A DNA stretch of 64,000 nucleotides from Polyangia bacterium (GCA_030427835.1 JAUICN010000003.1:100965-164964), one strand, 5' to 3'. Positions 36,016 to 45,885 are shown, counted from the first letter of the stretch. The notes: generated from the sequence alone by a model not told the origin. Program-made: numbers and translations.

Positions 36016-37442
36016 ATCTGAGTGCATGTTCCACCTGTCGTAGAAACACACATGCCCGTACTCGTGTTGCAAACACACATCGATGGGCAAAGAACGTTTG
36101 AAGAAGCCACGCAGGATCCAGACTGGCACATGTCTCCCAGGGTACATGGGTTGTTGTCGTTGCAGCTCGAACCATTGGCGCGAGCCGCGTTCACACAGCC
36201 ACTGCTCGTGTTACAAGAATCGTTTGTGCATGAATTTCCATCGTTGCAGTCCAATGCCTGATTGCCCTCCACGCACACTCCATTGCTACACATGTCGCCC
36301 GTGAGGCACGCATTGGAGCCCGTGCAGCTACCCGTTCTGTTCGAAAAAACACACCCCGTAGCACTATCGCAGCTGTCGGTGGTGCATTCGTTGCCATCAA
36401 AGCACCCAATAGGTGAACCAGAGCACGTGCCATTAAAGCAAACATCCTGAGCCGTGCATGCATCGCCGTCATCGCACGGATTGGAGTTCACCGTGTGTTC
36501 ACAACCTGAACTTCCGCACACATCATTTGTACAAGGGTTGGAATCGTCACACCCCAGTGTCGCCACATTCCCTGCGCAACAAAACTGGGTCGCGGGGTTG
36601 TAGGATTTGGTACGAACGCACAACGTGCCCTCGCACTTCGCCGTTTCACAAAGTTCCGGGCGATCGAAACAGTTCTCCGTATTGCAAGAAGCATATTGGC
36701 AGTCAGAAACTGGATCGCACCGTGGTGCTTGGCCTGCGGTACACAGTCCATCGTCTGGGGTGAAACTGCACGCTCCAGCGGATTCATCACAGACGTCCAC
36801 CGTGCAGGACACACCATCATCGCAGGTCACGGTTGCCCCGGGCGAGCAACGCCCTTGAATACAGGTTTCTTCACCGTCACAAAATATGCCGTTGTCGCAC
36901 TCGTCATCATGAAGACAGGGGTCACCTTCGGGCGACAACGTGGGAGCCTGGCCTGTCCAGGGATCCAGACTATCCACCCCAATGGCCACGCAACCCCGTT
37001 CATCACAGGTTTCATCGCATTGTACGTCGAGACAAGACTTGACTAAGAACATGCGTAACAGAAGGCTTTTTCCAGCGACCAGAGTGACCCTGGAGACCTT
37101 TTCGATGACCTTGTTTCCCTCAAGTTGTCCGGTCACAGTGATTTCAACGGGGCCCAACGTGCGATCCGCAGGAACGATGGAAAGGGTCCTGGGAAAAGAA
37201 TCCGACGCGGCCAAGAACTCCGTCGTCATGTTACTCGCCCCGCTGGGCCCCAGTACCGTAACGACCAGTTGATCCAATTCACCTGGCCGAGCGAAATCCG
37301 TATCCACACTGATCACAAGTTGCGTCACATCCTCGCTGCGGCAACCCTGGTTCGGACTTGCGAGAAAACAGTGCCCCACGATGGCAAACCAAGCCCCCAT
37401 AGCCGCCCGGTGGCCCTGGCTGGACCTAAACGAACCTATCAT
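36012..37442 (-). CDS. secreted Cys-rich repeat protein (CTxDxC, Dictyostelium-repeat-like modules)
   Basis: 476 aa with about 54 Cys by hand count. Repeated modules are CDDGVSCTVDVCDESAGAC, CDDSNPCTNDVCGSSGC, CFDGNECTTDSCDSATGC and CNDGNSCTNDSCNTSSGC, alternating with CxDGxACTxxDxC variants. Hydrophobic N-terminus. ATGA overlap with the upstream gene. Confidence 0.8.
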   Translation of the reverse strand: MIGSFRSSQGHRAAMGAWFAIVGHCFLASPNQGCRSEDVTQLVISVDTDFARPGELDQLVVTVLGPSGASNMTTEFLAASDSFPRTLSIVPADRTLGPVEITVTGQLEGNKVIEKVSRVTLVAGKSLLLRMFLVKSCLDVQCDETCDERGCVAIGVDSLDPWTGQAPTLSPEGDPCLHDDECDNGIFCDGEETCIQGRCSPGATVTCDDGVSCTVDVCDESAGACSFTPDDGLCTAGQAPRCDPVSDCQYASCNTENCFDRPELCETAKCEGTLCVRTKSYNPATQFCCAGNVATLGCDDSNPCTNDVCGSSGCEHTVNSNPCDDGDACTAQDVCFNGTCSGSPIGCFDGNECTTDSCDSATGCVFSNRTGSCTGSNACLTGDMCSNGVCVEGNQALDCNDGNSCTNDSCNTSSGCVNAARANGSSCNDNNPCTLGDMCQSGSCVASSNVLCPSMCVCNTSTGMCVSTTGGTCTQM

Positions 37443-38263
37443 CGCACACCTCCGGTGTTTACCCCTGCAATGTCGGACAGTTCAAATACCACGGTGCCCC
37501 CGCCCAACGTTCCCTTGTGAGGACCGTCGTCCTTCGAGCGCGACACCCAAAGAACCGTGGCCACCACCCCAACAATCACAGCGCCCGCCCCAACCCAAAC
37601 CCAGGGTTTGCGGTACCACTCCGAGCGCTCCAGTGTTTCATCCGAAGCTTCGTAGGAAGTTTCATCCGCCACAACGAGCGGCACCTCCAGAAAAACCTCC
37701 TGTTCCGCCCCTTCTTCGACGGAAATCAAACGTTGAACCAACTCTCCACCGCCACGTTCCACGCGCACCGTGGTGGACCCAGGGTCCACCGAAAAAATCA
37801 CCCCGAGGGCCTCGTGGGCAAGCTCCATTTCGCCCAGCCAAACCCGATCCTGATCGTGGATTCCAGAGATGTGAACGGTCAGACGACCCACCTTCGCTTC
37901 AAGATCCGCAATCGATTGCTCAGCCTCTGCCCGTCGTTGCACCAGCGGCCCCTTGTCCACCAGAGAAAGGAATCGTCGGTAGGATTGAATGGAATCCACC
38001 CAGTGCCCCGACTCCTTTTGCGCCTGGGCCAAATTCAGCAGCGTGGAGGGTCGGGGGGCAAGGGCGTAGGACCTGGAGAAATAGGACACAGCGTCGCCCC
38101 AGCGGCCTTCGTTTGAAGCCGTGAGACCCAACGAGAACAGCTGTCGAGCCGCTTCCACGGAACTTCCATCCGCCTGAGCCAGTGCCATCGGGCCAAACCC
38201 CATGCCCACAGAACCCACCGTCAAGCACAAACACGCGATCCGAAAGCAAGCCATACACACCAA
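37439..38263 (-). CDS. TPR / PEGA-like / C-terminal TM protein
   Basis: 274 aa. Signal CLCLTVGSVGMGFGPMALAQA. TPR-like WGDAVSYFSRSYALAPRPSTLLNLAQAQKESGHW. PEGA-like beta segment FSVDPGSTTVRVERGGGELVQRLISVEEG. TM WVWVGAGAVIVGVVATVLWV. Confidence 0.7.
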   Translation of the reverse strand: MVCMACFRIACLCLTVGSVGMGFGPMALAQADGSSVEAARQLFSLGLTASNEGRWGDAVSYFSRSYALAPRPSTLLNLAQAQKESGHWVDSIQSYRRFLSLVDKGPLVQRRAEAEQSIADLEAKVGRLTVHISGIHDQDRVWLGEMELAHEALGVIFSVDPGSTTVRVERGGGELVQRLISVEEGAEQEVFLEVPLVVADETSYEASDETLERSEWYRKPWVWVGAGAVIVGVVATVLWVSRSKDDGPHKGTLGGGTVVFELSDIAGVNTGGVR

Positions 38264-38367
38264 GGATACCTAGCGAAGGGCAACTACGCCCACAATTCAG
38301 TAGAATTCTATCTGTCTTTTCCACACCTGGCCCGATACCACCCTACCTCGAACGACACCCGCGTTGG

Positions 38368-38811
38368 CTACACTGGCTCGATAAGCTCAACTCGCCTCCC
38401 GTGGCGCCCACCCTCAAAAGTGCCAGACAGGAACGTGTTGAGAATCTCAAGGGCAAGCCCCGATCCCACCACCCGTTGGCCCAAGCAAAGCACATTCGCA
38501 TTGTTGTGGGCCCGGGCCATGCGTGCGGAAAACGAATCTGTGCAAACCGCCGCCCGAATCCCCGGATGACGGTTGGCGGCCATGGAGATCCCAAGCCCTG
38601 TGCCACAGACCAGCACCCCCAGTGCCCCATCTCCACAATCCACAATGCGCGCGGCCAGATCATGCGCGATCGTGGGGTAATCACAGGACTCCGTGGAGTG
38701 AGTGCCCACATCTTCCAGTTGGATGCCTTCCTGATCTTTCAGCCAGGAAACAATGATCGTTTTGAGAGGAAAACCAGCATGATCGGATCCCACGTATACC
38801 TGCACAGTCAC
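38368..38811 (-). CDS. rpiB: ribose-5-phosphate isomerase B
   Basis: VYVGSDHAGFPLK and VLVCGTGLGISMAANR. GTG 38811 overlaps the fabF stop (GTGA). Alternative GTG 38805 lies 5 nt after an AGGAGG and may be the true start. Confidence 0.88.
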   Translation of the reverse strand: MTVQVYVGSDHAGFPLKTIIVSWLKDQEGIQLEDVGTHSTESCDYPTIAHDLAARIVDCGDGALGVLVCGTGLGISMAANRHPGIRAAVCTDSFSARMARAHNNANVLCLGQRVVGSGLALEILNTFLSGTFEGGRHGRRVELIEPV

Positions 38812-40046
38812 CTCCTACGAAAAACAAGAGACACGTTGGTCCCACCAAACCCAAACGAATTGGACATGGCCACGTCAAACCTACCATCCAACGCGTGACC
38901 TCGCACCAGGCGCAACCCTTCTCCATTCGGGTCAGGGTTCTGGAGGTTTGCGGTGGGGGCCACACGCTGGTCCCGCAGGGACTGCACACAAAACACGGCC
39001 TCCAAGCCGCCCGCGGCACCCAACAAATGGCCCGTGACTCCCTTGGTGCTTGAAATGGCAGGCCCTGCATTGCCCGTTTTTCGAAACACAGCGTTCAAGG
39101 CCTGGAGTTCATGCAAATCGCCGTAGGGCGTAGAAGTCCCATGGGCGTTGACATAGTCCACCTGCCCGGCAGACAAGCCCGCATCCCGTAGGGCTCCCTC
39201 CATCGCCCGAACCGCACCACGGCTATCTGGAGCGGGCTGAGTAATGTGGTGTGCATCGGAGGTCGCGGCGTAACCGGTCAACTCCGCAAGAATAGTCGCT
39301 CCCCGTTGTTCCGCGTAGTCCCACCGCTCCAACATGAGCATGCCGGCCCCTTCCGCTATCACAAAACCATCCCGATCACGGTCAAACGGGCGGCTGGCGG
39401 TATCAGGCGCGTCGTTTCGTGTGGAAAGGGACCGAAGCGCACAAAAACCCCCTACCCCCAAGGGAGTCACGGCGGCCTCCGCACCGCCCGCAATGGCCGC
39501 CACGCTCTCCCCCACCTGAATCGAACGGTAAGCCATACCAATTGCATGGGCGCCCGAGGCGCAAGCGCTTGAGGTGGCGAAGTTGGGTCCACCAAATCCC
39601 CATCGTATGGAAATCTGCCCAGGCGCAAGATTCGAAATGGAGGCAGGCACGAAATAAGGTGAAATCTTGCGGGGTCCGCGTTCCTCCACCACAAGCGTGT
39701 ACTTTTCGATGAGCTCCAGGCCACACATGCCCACACCCACGTAACACCCCGTTGCCATGCGATCCTCGGGGTTGGGGTCAAAACTCGCATGTTCAATGGC
39801 CATTTGGGACGCCGCTAGCCCAAAATGAATGAACCGGGCTCCCTCCCGCATACGCCGCCGTTCCATGTACTTCGTCGGATCGAACCCCAGACATTCTCCC
39901 GCAACCCGGGACGAAAAACCGGACGGATCAAACGAACGAATTCCAGCAATCCCCGAACGTCCGGCCAGGGCACTCTGCCACGCAGACTCCGCATCCAGCC
40001 CACAGGGGGCCACAGCCCCAACGCCGGTAACCGCAACGCGATACAT
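38808..40046 (-). CDS. fabF: beta-ketoacyl-ACP synthase II
   Basis: 412 aa. Active-site Cys SSACASGAHAIG, HGTSTPYGD and NSFGFGGTN. Confidence 0.93.
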   Translation of the reverse strand: MYRVAVTGVGAVAPCGLDAESAWQSALAGRSGIAGIRSFDPSGFSSRVAGECLGFDPTKYMERRRMREGARFIHFGLAASQMAIEHASFDPNPEDRMATGCYVGVGMCGLELIEKYTLVVEERGPRKISPYFVPASISNLAPGQISIRWGFGGPNFATSSACASGAHAIGMAYRSIQVGESVAAIAGGAEAAVTPLGVGGFCALRSLSTRNDAPDTASRPFDRDRDGFVIAEGAGMLMLERWDYAEQRGATILAELTGYAATSDAHHITQPAPDSRGAVRAMEGALRDAGLSAGQVDYVNAHGTSTPYGDLHELQALNAVFRKTGNAGPAISSTKGVTGHLLGAAGGLEAVFCVQSLRDQRVAPTANLQNPDPNGEGLRLVRGHALDGRFDVAMSNSFGFGGTNVSLVFRRR

Positions 40047-40066
40047 CAGTGGTGTCGGCCTATCTT

Positions 40067-40300
40067 CTATTTTGAGCGGGTATCGATATACCGAACGGCA
40101 TCGCCCACCGTCCTGATTTTTTCCGTATCCTCATCAGGGATATCGATCTCGAACTGCTCCTCAAAAGCGAGAACGAGTTCCACAATCGCCAACGAATCAG
40201 CACCGAGATGATCAACAAAAGAGGATTCATCCTGAATCACTCCCTTGTCCACATCGAGCTGCTGAGAAACAATTTCCCGAACTTTTTCAGCTATCTCCAC
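40067..40300 (-). CDS. acpP: acyl carrier protein
   Basis: GTG 40300 is preceded by GGGGAGG with a 5-nt spacer. (M)[17 protein letters not shown]...[13 protein letters not shown] (DSL phosphopantetheine site), 77 aa. The track ORF from 40384 is an extension overlapping fabG. Confidence 0.9.
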   Translation of the reverse strand: MEIAEKVREIVSQQLDVDKGVIQDESSFVDHLGADSLAIVELVLAFEEQFEIDIPDEDTEKIRTVGDAVRYIDTRSK

Positions 40301-40358
40301 AACAACCTCCCCGTGCCCAAGCCCCTGGCTTTCACCCAACCCCCACAAACGGTGGACA

Positions 40359-41099
40359 CTACATATACATGCCACCGTCCACACGCAAGACCTGACCTGT
40401 CATATATGCGCCACCCCGTCCGACCAGAAAACCCACCACCGCAGCCACGTCCTCTGGAGTTCCTACTCGCCCAAGGGGTGTTTGTGTCACGATTTTTTCC
40501 CGGATCTCCGGGCCCAGGTCCCGCGTCATATCCGTCTCAATGAATCCAGGAGCCACGCAGTTCACCGTGATTCCACGCTTGCCGTACTCCCTTGCAAGCG
40601 ATCGGGCGGCGCCCTCTAGCGCAGATTTGGACGCGCTGTAGGCCACCTGCCCAGGGTTGCCCATGGCAGCCACAACGCTGGAAAGAAACACAATCCGGCC
40701 CCATCGCCGTTGCATCATGCCCCGAACCACCGCCTTCGTGCACGCGAGCGCCCCCGTCAGGTTAACTCCCATGACTTCCTCCAAATCCGCAAATCGAAGG
40801 CGTGGCATCAGTTGATCGCGGCTGATTCCGGCACTGTGAACGAGAACGTCCACGGGGCGCGCCTTGGTGAGTGCCCGGACACGCCCCTCCACTTCAGCTC
40901 CGTCGCCCATGTCGAAACAAAGGGCCTCAGCCGTGCCCCCGGCCCCTAGAATATCCTGACAGACCACCTGGGCCGCCTCCATGTTGCGGTAGCCATGGAC
41001 GACCACGTGGGCACCAAGTGCACCCAAAGAGCGGGCGACGGATGCACCAATGCCCCGAGAAGCACCAGTGACCAAGGCTGTCTTCCCTGTCAGTTCCAT
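40359..41099 (-). CDS. fabG: 3-oxoacyl-ACP reductase
   Basis: 246 aa. [13 protein letters not shown]-type segment and [10 protein letters not shown] (YxxxK). Confidence 0.9.
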   Translation of the reverse strand: MELTGKTALVTGASRGIGASVARSLGALGAHVVVHGYRNMEAAQVVCQDILGAGGTAEALCFDMGDGAEVEGRVRALTKARPVDVLVHSAGISRDQLMPRLRFADLEEVMGVNLTGALACTKAVVRGMMQRRWGRIVFLSSVVAAMGNPGQVAYSASKSALEGAARSLAREYGKRGITVNCVAPGFIETDMTRDLGPEIREKIVTQTPLGRVGTPEDVAAVVGFLVGRGGAYMTGQVLRVDGGMYM

Positions 41100-41132
41100 C
41101 CTCCCCCAACACGCCCCACGGGGGCAGAAATG

Positions 41133-41333
41133 CTATTCGGCTTCTACCGTTGCACTTGAAACAGCCACCACTTCGCGGCCCCGGTAGTGTCCGCAGCTCT
41201 CACACACACGATGTGGAAGGGAGGCATCGCCGCAGTTCGGGCACGGAATGCCAGACACGGGTTGAACGCGGTCATGTTGTGACCGTCGCATGTTTCGCTT
41301 AGCGCGCGATGTTCGTCGTTTGGGTACCGCCAC
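41133..41333 (-). CDS. rpmF: 50S ribosomal protein L32
   Basis: MAVPKRRTSRAKRNMRRSQHD with a Cys4 knuckle (CPNCG...CESCG). Confidence 0.93.
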   Translation of the reverse strand: MAVPKRRTSRAKRNMRRSQHDRVQPVSGIPCPNCGDASLPHRVCESCGHYRGREVVAVSSATVEAE

Positions 41334-41590
41334 GTTCTATCATCCTTGGCCCCATCAACATGCGGCCTTTGAGTTTGTCTGGTGATCTAGTTTTCCTGGG
41401 AATCCAGTAAACCGGAAGTCCGGCGGGGAGTTGTGCAGGAAATCCCCCGGAAACGCAATGAGATTCCGCCAACACACCCCTCCACAGGGCCAAAGTGCGG
41501 CAAAAAAGCACAAAACAGCAGCCCTGGGCCCCTGCCGCAGATCCTGTGGGACCTTGCCATATCCCCAAGCTCTAGGCTAGAGGTGCGCCC

Positions 41591-42859
41591 GTGACCGTAC
41601 GATCCATCCGAGGAATGAACGATATCCTACCCCACGCAGTGCAGGCCTGGCGGCAACTGGAGACCCAATTTCGGGATATTTGCGAACTTCACGGCTACGG
41701 AGAAGTCCGGTTGCCCGTCGTTGAAAAAACGGAGTTATTCCACCGGACCATTGGTGACACCACCGACATCGTGGAAAAGGAGATGTACTCTTTCGTCGAC
41801 AAGGGTGGGGATGCTCTGACCCTACGTCCAGAGGGCACTGCGGCCACCGCACGGGCCTTCCTTGAACACAACGCTGGGGCCGAAGAACCCGTCACAAAAT
41901 GGTTTTACATGGGGTCCATGTACCGCCGCGAGCGACCCGCACGGGGGCGCTACCGGCAGTTCCACCAGATCGGTGCAGAATGTTTCGGTGATCCGAGCCC
42001 CTACGCGGATGCAGAGCTCATGGCCCTTGCCTGCGCTTACCTGAAATCCCTAGGCCTCCATCAGCTCGAAGTGCGCATCAATAGCCTGGGATCCTCCAGC
42101 GCCCGCACCGCCTACCTTTCGGTTCTAAAAGAATACTTTCAAGCACACCGAGGTTCACTCAGCGAAGATTCCCTCCGCCGACTGGAATCCAACCCCATGC
42201 GCATCTTGGATTCGAAGTCCCCAGAGGATCAGGCATTGCTAGCGCAAGCACCGCGACTGTCCCAATACCTGAGTGAGGAGGACACCGATCATTTCAAAAC
42301 CGTTCAATCCTGCATGGACAGCCTAGGCCTGGCATACGTCATCGATCCCCACCTGGTGCGTGGACTGGACTACTACAGTCGCACCCTTTTCGAAGTTCAT
42401 GATTGTACAGACGCACTCGGAGCTCAGTCCGCCGTGTGCGGAGGGGGCCGTTACGACGGGCTCATCCCACTATTGGGAGGAAAACCTACCCCGGCCGTGG
42501 GATTTGCCATGGGGCTGGAAAGGCTATTGGCCCTCATGCCCGATAGCCCATCTGCCCGTACGCCAACCGTGTTTGTCGTATCCCGATCGCCATCCGCGCG
42601 ACGTGAAGCACTGCAGATTTCGTCCAACCTACGGGCACTGGGGTTCTCTGTAGACGGAGACTACCGAGGAACCTCCGTAAAAAGCCAGATGCGTCGCGCC
42701 AGCAAATCAGGGGCAACATGGGTGGTTTTCGCAACCGACGGTGACCAAAACGTGATCGAGATCAAAAACATGGAGCAGGGTGAACAGCACACTGTCGCAA
42801 CCGAGCAGCTACCCCAGGTGATCTCCGGCCAAAGGCCTCCAAATTCATCGACCGAATAA
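41591..42859 (+). CDS. hisS: histidine--tRNA ligase
   Basis: 422 aa with a GTG start. RGMNDILP, motif 2 YRRERPARGRYRQFHQIG and motif 3 GGGRYDGL. Confidence 0.93.
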   Translation: MTVRSIRGMNDILPHAVQAWRQLETQFRDICELHGYGEVRLPVVEKTELFHRTIGDTTDIVEKEMYSFVDKGGDALTLRPEGTAATARAFLEHNAGAEEPVTKWFYMGSMYRRERPARGRYRQFHQIGAECFGDPSPYADAELMALACAYLKSLGLHQLEVRINSLGSSSARTAYLSVLKEYFQAHRGSLSEDSLRRLESNPMRILDSKSPEDQALLAQAPRLSQYLSEEDTDHFKTVQSCMDSLGLAYVIDPHLVRGLDYYSRTLFEVHDCTDALGAQSAVCGGGRYDGLIPLLGGKPTPAVGFAMGLERLLALMPDSPSARTPTVFVVSRSPSARREALQISSNLRALGFSVDGDYRGTSVKSQMRRASKSGATWVVFATDGDQNVIEIKNMEQGEQHTVATEQLPQVISGQRPPNSSTE

Positions 42860-42889
42860 GTCCAACTCGGCTATGGTCGGGATACCGCC

Positions 42890-44425
42890 ATGTCCGTCCC
42901 CTCCGTACTGTTGATCGTTGCAGCTATCGTGTATGGGTTCCTGGCCATTCACCACATTACAGGCTACCGGAACCTCACAACGGATCGGGAGAACCACACC
43001 TTTGGCGTGCTCATGGCCCTCTTTGCTCTCTACGCTGCAGCTGGACTCTTTTGGACCCACGGATCCACCGCAACACACATGGCCTGGGGGCTGCGCCTGA
43101 GGACCGCCCTACTCGGGCCCATCTCGGGCACGGTCTTTCTTTTCTGCGTACAGCTGGGAAAAGTGACACGGCATCGATCCCTTCCAGGGTTTGAAGACGG
43201 CAATTGGGTCCCCACAATAAGGATACAACAACTTTGGTACGGCTTAACGCCGTTGCCAGGGTTGCTAGGCCTCGCCAACCACAGCGCGAGCTCCGTGCAG
43301 CAGTTCGCGCCCGCCCGGCCCCATTTTCCGGCCGAGTACTTCCTGCCCCAACTGACGGCACTGGGAACCCTGACAATGGGGCTTTTCGTCGCCGTCCCGA
43401 TTCTCGGAGTGGTACTGCTATCATTTCACGCCCACCGGAAGTTGCACTTCGCCCTACGACTCTCCGCAGGGCTGAGCATTGCCGTAAGTATCCATGACTT
43501 CCTGTTGCTTCATGGTGCTGTTCATTCCGTGTTTCTCCTAGAGTTTGTGGGAGTACTCGCCAGCCTCGTGTTTACGAACGTACGACTGGATGGAATCGTA
43601 GCCACGGGTGCTGCCCTTGAAATTCGGCAGCAGCAGTTGAAGATCGCCTACCGAGAACAGCGCAGGACAGAACGACAACTCATCGAGCAACGAAAGCTTT
43701 CTGCGGTGGGGGAGTTGGCGGCGGCGGTGGCCCATACCTTTCGCAATCCACTTGCGGTGATTCGAAGCGCTGCGACACGAATGAAGCGTGTGGATCAAAC
43801 CGATCCTAGCTCCGATACCATGAACCGAGTACTCAACGAGGAAGTACAACGACTGAGTCGACTGGCGGGGGATTTGGGGCGCTTCGCAGACCCCACGGTG
43901 GCGCATGCCGAAAAGACTCCCGCCATGGTACTGGCCCAGGGAGCCGTGGACCTCGTGAGTAACGTTCGAAACCTAAAGAACATCCACGTCCTATTGGATC
44001 CCGAACTTGAACAACTACAGCTGGAGGGCGACGCAGATTTGCTACGGCATGCCGTTGCCAACGTGGTGGACAACGCCGCATTGGCCTGCGGCGAGCAAGG
44101 CCGCATTTCCATCGCCCCCATGGGTGGCGCGCGCGGGCTAGTCATCACAGACACGGGTGTCGGCATGGACGAAATCACAACAAATCAAGCCATGGATCCA
44201 TTCTTCACCACCCGTTCAGACGGTGCTGGGCTGGGGCTTGCGATCGCCGAACGGGTCATTCGCTCCCATGGGGGGGAAATCCACATCACAAGCACCCCAG
44301 GACAGGGAACTACGGTATCACTAACCCTTTCCCGCCGTCCCAACCAGAACGTAGATACCATAGGGAGTTCTCCACATCCCCACCCGCAGAACAGCCTCAA
44401 AGCGATCCTGGAGGCGGCACAGTGA
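42890..44425 (+). CDS. multi-TM sensor histidine kinase
   Basis: 511 aa. About 6-7 hydrophobic segments in the first 235 aa, then H-box AAVAHTFRNPLAVI, N-box NVVDNAALA, G1 ITDTGVGMD and G2 GAGLGLAIAERV. Confidence 0.85.
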   Translation: MSVPSVLLIVAAIVYGFLAIHHITGYRNLTTDRENHTFGVLMALFALYAAAGLFWTHGSTATHMAWGLRLRTALLGPISGTVFLFCVQLGKVTRHRSLPGFEDGNWVPTIRIQQLWYGLTPLPGLLGLANHSASSVQQFAPARPHFPAEYFLPQLTALGTLTMGLFVAVPILGVVLLSFHAHRKLHFALRLSAGLSIAVSIHDFLLLHGAVHSVFLLEFVGVLASLVFTNVRLDGIVATGAALEIRQQQLKIAYREQRRTERQLIEQRKLSAVGELAAAVAHTFRNPLAVIRSAATRMKRVDQTDPSSDTMNRVLNEEVQRLSRLAGDLGRFADPTVAHAEKTPAMVLAQGAVDLVSNVRNLKNIHVLLDPELEQLQLEGDADLLRHAVANVVDNAALACGEQGRISIAPMGGARGLVITDTGVGMDEITTNQAMDPFFTTRSDGAGLGLAIAERVIRSHGGEIHITSTPGQGTTVSLTLSRRPNQNVDTIGSSPHPHPQNSLKAILEAAQ

Positions 44426-45885
44426 CGTTGACCCTTGGGGCATCCATCCTCTTTGCCTGGACGGTCGTGCACACCGCGATCGCACTTTCCTATTTCGTGA
44501 TCTATGCACGACGCCCCTCCTTTCGAGAATACCTGGCGTACAGTCTGATCGAGGCTGGAATGGCGCTGTATTCTGCGGGGGGCACGGTCCTGTGGAACTG
44601 CGAATCCGTCGCTGCCGGAACACTCGGGTGCAACATCGGCTACGCCGGGTGTGCGATCACCGCCTGGGGACTCGTCGAACTACCCATTGCACTTGGAAAG
44701 AAACCAGACAAATGGCTTCGAAAAGCGGCCGCAATCTGGATGATGGTGGGCCTGATTGCGAGCGGTACGGGCATCTTCTTCGATCCCGCATTTGCTACCG
44801 AAGATATCAACCCGACGACCGCCTACCACGAGCCACGCATGATCCCGACCTGCCAGTTTTGGATCAATGTCGCCATCGTATTCGTCTTCATTGCCTGGTG
44901 GAAACACGTGCGCGGATCCACCGACCCCTATCTTCCCAAACGACCCATGTCTTGGGCCGCCTGGGGAACCATTGCCACCTCTACCTATGATTTTTCCATA
45001 CACAGCATGGCCGTCGGCACCTACTATATTTTCCAACATTTCGCTGTCGCCGCGGCTCTACTCTTTGCCCACGTTCTTCTTCGAAGGTACCTGCGCCAGC
45101 AACAGGAGCTTGACGAGAATACCCGAGCGGTAGAAGTGAGCGTGAAACAACGTTCCTTGGCCCAAAAAAGCCTCCTAAAAGAAGAACACCTGGCCGTCAT
45201 GGGCACCCTTTCTGGCGTGATTGCCCACGAAGTGCGCAATCCCCTTGCGACCCTGACCAACGCCGCATCTGCCCTCAAACGGCCCACGCTCAAGGACGAT
45301 GATAGAAACGTTCTCGTTCGCATCGTGGACGAAGAAACCGAGCGTCTCGATCGCTTTGTCACAGACTTGCTTGCCTATGCCCGCCCACCAGAAGAGGCCA
45401 TGGGCAATATCGACATACAGGACCTCTGCAATACATTGCCCACACAAATCATGCAGGACCTCAACGGCCGGGTACGCATCGACACCCAATGTTCCGCAAC
45501 CGGGAATCTACAAGGCGACAAGCGATCCCTTCGAGAAGTGTTGTCCCGTCTGCTCTGGGACGCCTGTGAACTCACACCCGAGGGCGAGCCCGTGCGGCTA
45601 AGTGTGCGACAGGCCACTGTGCAGGGGCAATCAGGGATCGCCATCACGGTGGAAGATCAGGGAACCGATATGGGCCGCGAAGCTCCCCGAGAGAAGGGGC
45701 CGTTTAAACTTTCAAAACCACGTACACGGAGCGCGTTGACCATGGCCATGGCCGACAGGCTCGCTCGCGTCCACGGAGGACGGTTGGAAGTGCTCCCCAA
45801 TCAAGACGGGTGGAACCGGACAACTCTCTACCTTCAGCGAATTCCACCTTCCTTGGACCAGATCGAACCCCACGCAGCGGCCTGA
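44422..45885 (+). CDS. multi-TM histidine kinase paralogue with degenerate ATP-binding boxes
   Basis: 487 aa. GTG start in a GTGA overlap with the upstream kinase. H-box intact (VIAHEVRNPLATL), but the N-box Asn reads Asp (LLWDACE), G1 reads VEDQGTDMG and G2 reads RSALTMAMADRL. Confidence 0.8.
   Translation: MTLTLGASILFAWTVVHTAIALSYFVIYARRPSFREYLAYSLIEAGMALYSAGGTVLWNCESVAAGTLGCNIGYAGCAITAWGLVELPIALGKKPDKWLRKAAAIWMMVGLIASGTGIFFDPAFATEDINPTTAYHEPRMIPTCQFWINVAIVFVFIAWWKHVRGSTDPYLPKRPMSWAAWGTIATSTYDFSIHSMAVGTYYIFQHFAVAAALLFAHVLLRRYLRQQQELDENTRAVEVSVKQRSLAQKSLLKEEHLAVMGTLSGVIAHEVRNPLATLTNAASALKRPTLKDDDRNVLVRIVDEETERLDRFVTDLLAYARPPEEAMGNIDIQDLCNTLPTQIMQDLNGRVRIDTQCSATGNLQGDKRSLREVLSRLLWDACELTPEGEPVRLSVRQATVQGQSGIAITVEDQGTDMGREAPREKGPFKLSKPRTRSALTMAMADRLARVHGGRLEVLPNQDGWNRTTLYLQRIPPSLDQIEPHAAA

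Noticed and set aside
41299-41568. 89-aa ORF upstream of rpmF as a possible yceD (DUF177) gene
   Set aside because: Its translation (MGIWQGPTGSAAGAQGCCFVLFCRT...) has none of the acidic or Cys features of YceD. It also overlaps the rpmF start in another frame, so it is probably non-coding promoter DNA.
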